Source: Candidatus Micrarchaeota archaeon (GTDB lineage: Archaea > Micrarchaeota > Micrarchaeia > Anstonellales > Bilamarchaeaceae). Taken from it: a DNA stretch of 31,463 nt. The stretch is taken from NCBI GenBank assembly GCA_037440825.1, contig JBBITJ010000002.1:23016-54478 (forward strand), in the 5' to 3' direction. This document shows, piece by piece, positions 1-7,228 of this stretch (positions are counted from its first letter, which is position 1; the number at the start of each line of letters is the position of its first letter). A model generated the notes under the pieces. It saw nothing but the letters and a program-made list of their open reading frames with translations, did not search any database and was not told the DNA's origin. Position numbers and translations under genes: made by a program.

Positions 1-639
1 CTTCATCTGCGCCTCCATCCTCTCTTCAAGCGAAATCTTGCGCTTCTCGGCTATCTGCAAAGCTATGAGCGTCTCCCCGTACTCCTCGACTATCTTGGGG
101 CTCAGGGAGCCGTAATTCACCTTCACAGCAGCCCCTCCGCCGAAAGGATCAGGGCTCTCTATCTTTATCTTGTCCATTATCTCCTTGAGCATCTGCTCAT
201 CCACCTTCTCCCGCACCATCTGGGACGCGACGAACGAGTACATCCCGTAAGCAGACCTCTGTCCCAGCGCCTCCTCTATCACCTGCTCGGTCTCGTCCTC
301 GTAATTTATCGTAACGTTCCCCTCCACAACCTCCACCTTCTTGGATTCGGGGTTGAAATACACCAGTGAATAGCTGCTCGTCTCCTTCTCGCTCTTGGCG
401 ACCTCCTGCTTGTCCGGCTTCTGGAAGCTGCTGGCGCTTTTCTCGGATTTGCCGAAATAGGACCTGCTCTGCTCCCACGACTGTTTGGATTTCACCACGT
501 CGTCGCTCAGCTTGTCCTCGATCCTGACCGCCAGCACGGTGGGGAATATCATCTGTGGAGGAATCTGGAGCTCGAGCATCGGATTCTGCTGCCCGAACGC
601 GAACTTGCCCGCGTCGAGCATCTTCATGAAGTCGCCCAT
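1..639 (-). CDS. Hypothetical protein, runs off the window edge (at least 213 aa, MGDFMKMLDAGKFAFGQQNP...)
   Basis: Own translation: open frame from ATG 639 to position 1 with natural acidic/lysine-rich composition. TTTATAA box begins 28 nt upstream. Absent from the ORF track because no stop falls within the window. Confidence 0.8.
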   Translation of the reverse strand, partial: MGDFMKMLDAGKFAFGQQNPMLELQIPPQMIFPTVLAVRIEDKLSDDVVKSKQSWEQSRSYFGKSEKSASSFQKPDKQEVAKSEKETSSYSLVYFNPESKKVEVVEGNVTINYEDETEQVIEEALGQRSAYGMYSFVASQMVREKVDEQMLKEIMDKIKIESPDPFGGGAAVKVNYGSLSPKIVEEYGETLIALQIAEKRKISLEERMEAQMK

Positions 640-660
640 GCGCCAATAATCCCTGCAAAA

Positions 661-709
661 TTATAAATCGTTTCGCCACTGGAAAGCCCCTCTCCGCATC
701 TGTTTAAAT
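661..709. promoter_or_regulatory. Divergent archaeal TATA boxes
   Basis: TTTATAA on the minus strand (667-661) and TTTAAAT on the plus strand (703-709), each starting 28 nt before an ATG (639 and 731). Confidence 0.6.
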
Positions 710-730
710 TTGAAATCGAGAAATATGCTC

Positions 731-1498
731 ATGGACGGCCACATGGTGGGATTCATCCCGACGAGCATGAAGCTCCGCTTCTGGAAAAACGGCGCAGTGG
801 ACGAGCTTCAGCTCGCAGGCGAAGTGTCCATGGAATTCGGGATTGAGAAGTCCTGCATAGGCTACAACGACGGCGAAGCCCTGCACAGGTGCCCCAGAAG
901 CATGAGAGGCTCCAAGCAATGCCCTGCCTGCGCCTCCAGGGATATATCGCGCATGTACACCCGCCTGGATTACGCCGGGTTCGAGCGCTTCTATGAGAAA
1001 TTCAAGAACCAGGGCTTCAGCGTCTATCTCGCGTCCTTCGGCCACCTGGTGAAGTGCGGAGTGACGCGCACAGCAAGGCTGAACGAGCGCGTGCGCGAGC
1101 AGGGCGCGGACTATTTCTGCGAGCTGGCGAAAACCGAGGACGCGGAAACCGCATATTCGATAGAATCCTTCGTGCACAACAACTTCGCGATAAGGAACGG
1201 GATCACTTCGGCCCAGAAGCTCAAGCTCATGGCCGCACCTTCAGCTCCCGGCAGATTGGAGGAGATACTTGAAAAGGTGAAGGAGAGCGGCGTTATAGCC
1301 GAATGGGCCGGGGAAATGAAAACCACAAAACTTGATTATCCAATTCCGGCGTCCTTTTCCGAAAGCAATTCCATTGAAGGCGAAATCCTCGGCACCAAGG
1401 GGCAGGTGCTCTTCTACGAGAAAAACGGCGCAGCCTACGCGGTCAACATGAGCAAGAAAACAGGCTCCTTCTTCTCTTATTCCCTTATGGGCTCGTAG
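731..1498 (+). CDS. DUF2797-family protein (Cys-rich N-terminal part, GIY-YIG-like VYLA..VKCGVTR..R..EQGA motif)
   Basis: CIG...C...CPAC cluster and VYLASFGHLVKCGVTRTARLNERVREQGA match the DUF2797 pattern as recalled. Start 731 chosen from TATA spacing; 725 is an alternative. Confidence 0.75.
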   Translation: MDGHMVGFIPTSMKLRFWKNGAVDELQLAGEVSMEFGIEKSCIGYNDGEALHRCPRSMRGSKQCPACASRDISRMYTRLDYAGFERFYEKFKNQGFSVYLASFGHLVKCGVTRTARLNERVREQGADYFCELAKTEDAETAYSIESFVHNNFAIRNGITSAQKLKLMAAPSAPGRLEEILEKVKESGVIAEWAGEMKTTKLDYPIPASFSESNSIEGEILGTKGQVLFYEKNGAAYAVNMSKKTGSFFSYSLMGS

Positions 1499-2190
1499 CG
1501 GTCGTGCCCTTTCCCCAAAAGGTGCGTTTTCAGGAAATTGGTCGCATGGAAATACGTATAGTACAATTTCCCCCATTTCTTCACGCGGCGCATGGATATG
1601 TAAGCAACAGCTTCGGGGGTATAAACGACATCCCCATACCTCTTCATCCTCTTTATGAGCTCGGTGTCCTCCCCGCTTATCAAATCCGTGTTGAACCCCC
1701 CTGCCTTCATGAATTCGTTCCTCGTGAATGCGAGGTTCGTGGAATCCACGTAGTGCATGTTTATCTTTGTGAGCACCTTGGACGCGGGATGGAGGATTCC
1801 GTGCGCGAACACGTTGTCTATGAGGTCCCCGTCCCTCGGAACCACGCGCCCCAGGCTTGCGATAATCCCCTTCCTTTCAAACGGCTTCACTAGGTTCGCT
1901 AGCCAGTCCGGAGGGTAATAGGTGTCCGCATTGGCGCACACGAGCACATCCCCTTTCGCCGCGAGCGCGCCTTTCTGCCTTCCTGCAGCGACCGTGCGCT
2001 TGGGCTCGCACACCACGATGTCAGCGTATTTCCGCGCTATTTTTACGGTGTTGTCACTGCTCTTCCCGTCCGCTATTATGAGTTCGTATTTGGGCGCGCC
2101 CTTCTGCGCTGTTATGGAAGCCAGCGCATTCTCTATGTACTTCTCCTCGTTGAAGGTCGGCACTACTACTGAGACCTTGGGATTCTTCAT
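1477..2190 (-). CDS. Glycosyltransferase family 2 (GT-A fold)
   Basis: VSVVVPTFNEE, IIADGKSSDNT, ANAD (DxD variant), GGFNTDLISGED motifs. ATGA overlap with the mre11 stop. Confidence 0.93.
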   Translation of the reverse strand: MKNPKVSVVVPTFNEEKYIENALASITAQKGAPKYELIIADGKSSDNTVKIARKYADIVVCEPKRTVAAGRQKGALAAKGDVLVCANADTYYPPDWLANLVKPFERKGIIASLGRVVPRDGDLIDNVFAHGILHPASKVLTKINMHYVDSTNLAFTRNEFMKAGGFNTDLISGEDTELIKRMKRYGDVVYTPEAVAYISMRRVKKWGKLYYTYFHATNFLKTHLLGKGHDRYEPIRE

Positions 2191-3314
2191 GCTTTTCCCT
2201 TGGCTTTCCTGCTATTTAAATATTCCATTCCTGCTTCCGCGCTTTCAGCGAGCGCCTCGAAAAGCTCGGAGGGCTCGAAAAGGGTGATCCTGCCTCTGAG
2301 CCGTTCAGAAAGCTGCTTCAGCGCCACTTCGCGCACGGAAAGCTTCTCCCCGTGCTTCTCCCGCATCGCCCTTATCTTTTCAGCGATGCTCTCCACGTTC
2401 AGGCTGTTCTGCACGTATATTCCGTCCGAGTATGCTAGTGAGAGGTCGCTCGCAGTAAGCCCCTCCTTCAGGGTGCCGTTTAGCTTTATCTTGAGCACCG
2501 CGTCCGGGTACTTCGCCCTGATCTCGTTTATCGTGTTTTCTATTTTTTCCTTAACCTCTGTAAGAGGCGCGTCCCTGAATTCCAGCTCGCGGTAGAAGAA
2601 AAGCCTGCTCGGAATAGGGACGAATTCAGCCTTCTTCGTGCCTGTGTCGTAAAGGACGTACCCTCGTTCTCCCTGCTCGTCGTTCCTGAGCTGGGTTATC
2701 ACCGTGCTTCCGGGTATTATCAGCTTTCCGCCCATCTCCACGTGGTGCTTGTGTATGTGCCCGTTTATTATCAAATCAAAAGGGAGGTCGCGCAAGTCGT
2801 CGAAGGAAAGCTCGTCTTCCTCTCCGTACACCAGCTCCTTTATGGACTGGTGCAGGACCAGCACCTTGAATTGTTTCCCGTTTTGGGTTTCGAGTTTCGC
2901 CCTTTCCTCTTCCACGACCTTCGTGAGCGCGGTCTTGGCCAGATCCTCAGGCACGCTTCCGAAGAACGTGATCGTTATGCGTTCCCCTTCTGTCTCTATA
3001 GTTTCCGTCCTGCCGTGAAGGTACCTGATGTTGGAAAGGAGAGAAAGGAGCTGGACGGAGTTCACCATGTCCTTGCTCCTCCTTTCGTGGTTCCCGTGTA
3101 TGACGTAAACCGGCTTCTTCACTTTGGAGAATATGTCTGCTGCTCTCTTGAGCGTTTCGAGCTTGGGAATCTTGACATCGAATACGTCGCCTGCGACCAG
3201 TATGATGTCCGCTTGCTTCTCCGCGTCCAGGAGCGCATGCTCGGCCTGCGCGAAAGCGTCCTCCTCGAACCTCGTGTATCCGAAATGGGTGTCCGCGATT
3301 ATGCCAATCTTCAT
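2187..3314 (-). CDS. mre11: Mre11/SbcD DNA repair nuclease
   Basis: Phosphoesterase motifs ADTHFG, AGDVFD, GNHE, LHQ, GHIH, then PGS and a capping domain. GGAGG upstream. Confidence 0.9.
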   Translation of the reverse strand: MKIGIIADTHFGYTRFEEDAFAQAEHALLDAEKQADIILVAGDVFDVKIPKLETLKRAADIFSKVKKPVYVIHGNHERRSKDMVNSVQLLSLLSNIRYLHGRTETIETEGERITITFFGSVPEDLAKTALTKVVEEERAKLETQNGKQFKVLVLHQSIKELVYGEEDELSFDDLRDLPFDLIINGHIHKHHVEMGGKLIIPGSTVITQLRNDEQGERGYVLYDTGTKKAEFVPIPSRLFFYRELEFRDAPLTEVKEKIENTINEIRAKYPDAVLKIKLNGTLKEGLTASDLSLAYSDGIYVQNSLNVESIAEKIRAMREKHGEKLSVREVALKQLSERLRGRITLFEPSELFEALAESAEAGMEYLNSRKAKGKA

Positions 3315-3460
3315 TTGCCCGACGCCTCCAGTCGTCTTCGGACGACAGTCTCCAAAATCCTTGCGGGTTTCGGATCGGGCAAAAACCCGTAAATCCAGCT
3401 GCTTTCGGCGGCTGCCCCTTCGACAAGGCCAAAGGAAGCGCCTCGGCTTTTTCTGTTCAT
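3311..3460 (-). CDS. Possible 49-aa upstream ORF or structured leader of mre11
   Basis: ATG 3460 to TGA 3311 (MNRKSRGASFGLVEG...EASGK) overlaps the mre11 start as ATGA. TTTATG box 28 nt upstream. The sequence is rich in hairpins. Confidence 0.35.
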   Translation of the reverse strand: MNRKSRGASFGLVEGAAAESSWIYGFLPDPKPARILETVVRRRLEASGK

Positions 3461-3494
3461 AAGTAATTTAAATGCTGGAGTCCATAAAAAGTTT

Positions 3495-3569
3495 ATGCCT
3501 GACGAAATAGTGTTCTACTTGGCGGTGGTGGCGGTCATACTGGTGGCTTCATACTTGGCTACAAGGTAG
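3495..3569 (+). CDS. 24-aa single-helix membrane peptide (MPDEIVFYLAVVAVILVASYLATR)
   Basis: Own translation: uninterrupted hydrophobic helix. TTTAAAT box starts at 3467, 28 nt before the ATG. Confidence 0.55.
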   Translation: MPDEIVFYLAVVAVILVASYLATR

Positions 3570-3591
3570 AAATCAGGCGGTTATTTGTTCC

Positions 3592-3619
3592 GGAACGCGG
3601 AACGCAAGACAGGAAACCA
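3592..3619 (+). repeat. Degenerate heptamer array (4 units)
   Basis: GGAACGC GGAACGC AAGACAG GAAACCA. Confidence 0.55.
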
Positions 3620-3659
3620 ACTTTAAAAACATTTACAACCAGAGAATACTTACTCTTTG

Positions 3660-3750
3660 GGGCCTATAGCTCAGCCAGGCTAGAGCGTTCGACTGATATT
3701 CCAAAACATCAGACATCGAAAGGTCATGAGTTCAAATCTCATTGGGCCCA
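3660..3750 (+). tRNA. tRNA-Ile(GAT) with a 16-nt intron at 37/38 (intron 3699-3714); CCA not encoded
   Basis: Acceptor stem GGGCCTA/TGGGCCC plus A discriminator. D arm GCTC/GAGC, anticodon stem TTCGA/TCGAA, anticodon GAT at 3695-3697, T arm ATGAG-TTCAAAT-CTCAT. TATA box at 3622. Confidence 0.95.
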
Positions 3751-3956
3751 TCACTAATTCTAGGTTCCCAGTTCACCCATGGCGACGTCACGCGGATCGT
3801 CTCTGAATACGAAAAGCTCAAATCGTCGCATTCAGGCCTGGCCAGGAAGCTCGAGCCCCACATAAGCCCCCTCGCGGTCTATTCGAAAAGCAGTGTGCTT
3901 TTTGTCAGCTTCCGCGGCCTTTGTCATGTTCCCAACAACATCCTATGTTTTTCCGC

Positions 3957-5048
3957 CTATAAAATACCCTGTTTTTTGAGCACTTTCTTAATATCCCCAA
4001 TGCTTGCATAGGTCTTCACGCCCCTCTCGTTGAAATGGGTGCGCACTGCCTTGAATCCACTCCGCTTCAGCGCGGCCATGAAGCCCTCCAGCTTGGGGAT
4101 TTTGGCCACCTTGTGCCTCGCGCACAAGTCGTGTATCTCGTAATAGAACGGGGGCATTCCTATTTCACCGATGAGCAAATCGAGCGTCTTGCCTATTTCC
4201 TCCTTGTCCGCATAATCCCTTTCCTGGTTCAGTTTCGCCATCCTCTCCAAAAACGCCTTGTTGTGCAGCTCGCCCAGCCACAGGGGCCCTGCGTAATCCA
4301 TATCGCGTTTGCAGTTGGCACATTTTCTATTAGGAAATTTCCCCGTTTCCCTGTATCCGCAGTGGAAGCAGTAGGAAACGTAGCCCAAGGCGCGGGGGAT
4401 CTCCGAAGCTTTCTCGGCGCTCCGCGTTATCCTCAATAAAATCTTGATGTAATGTCTGTCTGAAATCGAATAGAGCGGCTCCATCCCGAAATCGAACTGG
4501 GACGCGAAGTCGCCTATCTTCTTCAAAAGCACCCTCGTCCCGATTTCGTGTGTGAATTCGTTCCTCAAATTCTTTGCCCCGTACTTCTTGAGGCACGCCT
4601 TCGTATTCTCCCCGCAAAGCACCGCAACGTCGGTAGCGGTAATGGATATGTACCCGACCTTCTTCCTCCTGAACGAATAGAACGCATTGTTCAGGAAGTG
4701 GACCGGGGAACCGAAGGGATCTATCTCTATGAAATCGAAATCGTTCGCGACAGCGTATTCGTTGAAGTCCGCAATGAACGCCTTAGCATTCCTTATTCCG
4801 TTCTTCTTCGCGTTTTTCCTGATGAGCGGAGGGGTTATCTTCCACACGTCCAGCAGCGTGACCTTCTCCACGTTCGCGTTCTCCTTCGCGTACCTGAGTC
4901 CCCTTATTCCGGAAGCCGCGAACCCGTCAAGCACAGTTATCTTATCCCCAATAGCACCGACTGAAAGGGAGCCGAAGCTGCGGCTGAACCTCATGTTGGG
5001 GTTGTAGAAAAGCTTGCCGTGCTCAAAAACGAAATTCTCCTCTTGCAT
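3957..5048 (-). CDS. trm1: tRNA (guanine26-N2,N2)-dimethyltransferase
   Basis: FYNPNM..SR, LDGFAASGIRGLRY, IEIDPFGSP, SITATD, CxxC/CxxC, GPLWLGEL, RTHF...GVKT motifs. Confidence 0.96.
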   Translation of the reverse strand: MQEENFVFEHGKLFYNPNMRFSRSFGSLSVGAIGDKITVLDGFAASGIRGLRYAKENANVEKVTLLDVWKITPPLIRKNAKKNGIRNAKAFIADFNEYAVANDFDFIEIDPFGSPVHFLNNAFYSFRRKKVGYISITATDVAVLCGENTKACLKKYGAKNLRNEFTHEIGTRVLLKKIGDFASQFDFGMEPLYSISDRHYIKILLRITRSAEKASEIPRALGYVSYCFHCGYRETGKFPNRKCANCKRDMDYAGPLWLGELHNKAFLERMAKLNQERDYADKEEIGKTLDLLIGEIGMPPFYYEIHDLCARHKVAKIPKLEGFMAALKRSGFKAVRTHFNERGVKTYASIGDIKKVLKKQGIL

Positions 5049-5057
5049 AGCCTGAAC

Positions 5058-6380
5058 TCACCACAAGTCCTTAATAAATTCACGCAAAGCCGAGGTCGCA
5101 TAGCTTCCAGAAGGAAGGGAAAACGCGAACCAATTCTCCTTGTATTCGAAATCCTTCATCGGTGCGAGCAGCGTGCGGTATGTGCCCTTGGAATTGATTT
5201 CAGGCATCGCCCTTATCCTGAAATCTTCTTTTCTTATGTTGAATCTCTCCAGGAGCTCACTTTCGCGCTCATTCAATTCGGTCTCGTAGCCGATTACCTT
5301 GCCTGCGATCCAGTTCCCTGTTTCCAGTCGAGTGCGCTCGATCCCGTCTTCGACATTTCGAAGACGATCTGTCGAAAGCCCGGCTTTCGACACCGTCTGT
5401 TGAACGCGTTCACCATCGAGTTTCACGCCCAGATTGGGGAACCCGTGCGTTTCCCCGCAATAGTATTCTCCTTCCTCAATTTCCAGCTCTCCTTCCGCGA
5501 GCCGCTCGGAAAGCATCAGATTGAAAAGATGGGACTGGAACGCATGTATGAACATGAGCAGCACCTGCCTGGGCAACCTCCTCAGCGCATTCGCATAATC
5601 GTAAGGCTGCTCCGCAAGATGGAGCAGCATCAGCCTCTCCAATCTCAGGTGCTTGGGGAAATATTCCAGCGCTTTTTTGTAATCCCTATCTTCGGTGAGC
5701 TTCTTCCTCGCCTCCACCGCGTATTGGTTGGTTTCCCCTGCGCTATCCATCAAATAGGATTCAACAGCCCCGCGCAAATCGCTGCGCACGAGCTTCTCCC
5801 CTATCAGATGGGTGTTCGCGCGAGCGGTCCCGAACCTCTGCGGCCCGAAGTAATTGGGGAATTTGCAGTTCCGCAGGGCATCATCTACAGGTTCGCCGTT
5901 TCCAGTTTTCAGTTCCGACGCGATTTCCCGCACCATGCCTGCATCCACTTCCCCTATGACTTTTACCCTGAACCTGTTGCCAAGCAGCATCCCCAAATCA
6001 ACTTTCTCGGCAGCATTCCATGCGCCGAGCACCTTCATGCCTGTTATTTTCAACCTGAGGACATCCTCTTTCTTCACTCCGTACGCGGACATGAGCTGCG
6101 TCGTTATAGCCCTCTTGTCCTTCGTGCCTGCGTAGTTTATTCTCTTGGGGGACACGTGCAGCCGCGAAGCTATCTCCCGGACAGCATCAGTGGTGCTCCA
6201 GTTCTCCTTCTGCAATACGAAATGCACGAACGCGCTTCCACTATCCGGGCGCTCAATCGGCGTGTCCAATTCGAGCACGATGCCGTTCTCCATCACTTCC
6301 TCGACTGCGAAATCCGAAGCATCTTGCTTTATGCTTCCGCTTATCCGCTTTGAAGGGGAAGACAAGTAGGCTAATCCCAT
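5058..6380 (-). CDS. truD: tRNA pseudouridine(13) synthase TruD, with apparent in-frame insertions
   Basis: DFAVEE, YAGTKDKRAITTQ (catalytic Asp), LLGNRF, FPNYFGPQRFG, FSLPSGSYAT. Start set at ATG 6380, with a TTTAAT box about 30 nt upstream. Confidence 0.96.
   Translation of the reverse strand: MGLAYLSSPSKRISGSIKQDASDFAVEEVMENGIVLELDTPIERPDSGSAFVHFVLQKENWSTTDAVREIASRLHVSPKRINYAGTKDKRAITTQLMSAYGVKKEDVLRLKITGMKVLGAWNAAEKVDLGMLLGNRFRVKVIGEVDAGMVREIASELKTGNGEPVDDALRNCKFPNYFGPQRFGTARANTHLIGEKLVRSDLRGAVESYLMDSAGETNQYAVEARKKLTEDRDYKKALEYFPKHLRLERLMLLHLAEQPYDYANALRRLPRQVLLMFIHAFQSHLFNLMLSERLAEGELEIEEGEYYCGETHGFPNLGVKLDGERVQQTVSKAGLSTDRLRNVEDGIERTRLETGNWIAGKVIGYETELNERESELLERFNIRKEDFRIRAMPEINSKGTYRTLLAPMKDFEYKENWFAFSLPSGSYATSALREFIKDLW
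5328..5421. repeat. Cluster of short inverted repeats inside truD
   Basis: TCGAG-TGCG-CTCGA, CGTCTTCGA-CATT-TCGAAGACG, TGTCGAAAGC-CCG-GCTTTCGACA and TGAACGCGTTCA within about 95 bp. TCGAGT occurs at both ends. Confidence 0.8.
5889..5916 (-). repeat. Degenerate heptamer array (4 units) inside truD
   Basis: Minus strand GGAACTG AAAACTG GAAACGG CGAACCT. Confidence 0.55.
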
Positions 6381-6405
6381 AGTTGAATTATGGGCAAAAA
6401 AGGAA

Positions 6406-6873
6406 TTAAAGGTGACCTTCCGCGAGCACTTCCTTCTTTTCAAGCATCTTGTGCACATTCGCAGGAGTGCGCAGGTCCCCTATGTGCTTGCGGCTCATAC
6501 GCGCGCTTTCCTTCGTCTCGGGATCTGCGCCGTTGCCTATCAGGCGGTCAATGAGCTTCAGCACAGGCCTCTTGAGCTCCTCGTTCATCGCGAGGTTCTC
6601 GAGCACTACGAATATGCAGTCGCCCATCATCCCGCCTTTCTTGGCGTAGGATATGAGCTCTTTGAGGACCTCTTCTCTGGAGCGCTTCGTAGCCCCTGCT
6701 TCCATCGCCTGCTCTATCAGCAATAGCGCACTGTACTGCCTGTATCCGGTGAGGTGCTCAGCCACCTTGAGAATCCGCAGGTCGTCGACCTTGCGCGCAG
6801 AAAAAGAATTCCTATCAGGTGCTCTGGGGGTTTTAGCAACCGCTTCTGGTTTCCAGCCCATAGATGTTGCCAT
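6406..6873 (-). CDS. Hypothetical helical protein (155 aa)
   Basis: GAGGTGG ribosome-binding site before ATG 6873, TTTAAATA box further upstream. No recognised motif. Confidence 0.75.
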   Translation of the reverse strand: MATSMGWKPEAVAKTPRAPDRNSFSARKVDDLRILKVAEHLTGYRQYSALLLIEQAMEAGATKRSREEVLKELISYAKKGGMMGDCIFVVLENLAMNEELKRPVLKLIDRLIGNGADPETKESARMSRKHIGDLRTPANVHKMLEKKEVLAEGHL

Positions 6874-7228
6874 CCAGACCACCTCTTTTTGCTCTCAGCT
6901 TGCCTTCATCACTTGTTTTATATTATGGATAAAGATGTATTTAAACATTGGCTTTGGCTGCAAACAGGGGTAATAGAAAGAATGGAATGAGAATGAACTC
7001 TGGAGGAAGCTTGCAAACCTGTGGAGGCGCTGGACCTTTGGGATGGACCTGGACATCGCTTTCATCGCTTCCGATTCCGCGCTGGGACGCGGAACCTTCT
7101 GGTTCGCCGCTCTTTCCTCCAGTTCCTTATATTTAAATTTTTCGTGTCAGGAACGCATATTCTGTGCTTCAGGAATCCGGAAACCATCCCAAAACCAATT
7201 TAAACCAAGCGCCCAAAAGCCTTAACTT

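Noticed and set aside
197..679. 160-aa minus-strand ORF in the track
   Set aside because: Arg/Gly-rich shadow frame of the better-supported ORF starting at 639.
3742..3956. Spacer after tRNA-Ile as a possible integration scar or ORF 3742-4011
   Set aside because: The ORF begins inside the tRNA. I saw no duplicated tRNA 3' end or integrase, and the peptide could not be assigned.
5019..6353. 444-aa plus-strand ORF and similar long antisense ORFs (16021-17247, 29378-30349, 12237-13298)
   Set aside because: Antisense shadows of clearly conserved genes, expected with this codon bias. No motifs.
6974..7225. Protein-like stretch (ENELWRKLANLWRRWTFGMDLDIAFIA) and hairpins upstream of topA
   Set aside because: No good start or recognisable family. 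May be another relic but cannot be supported.
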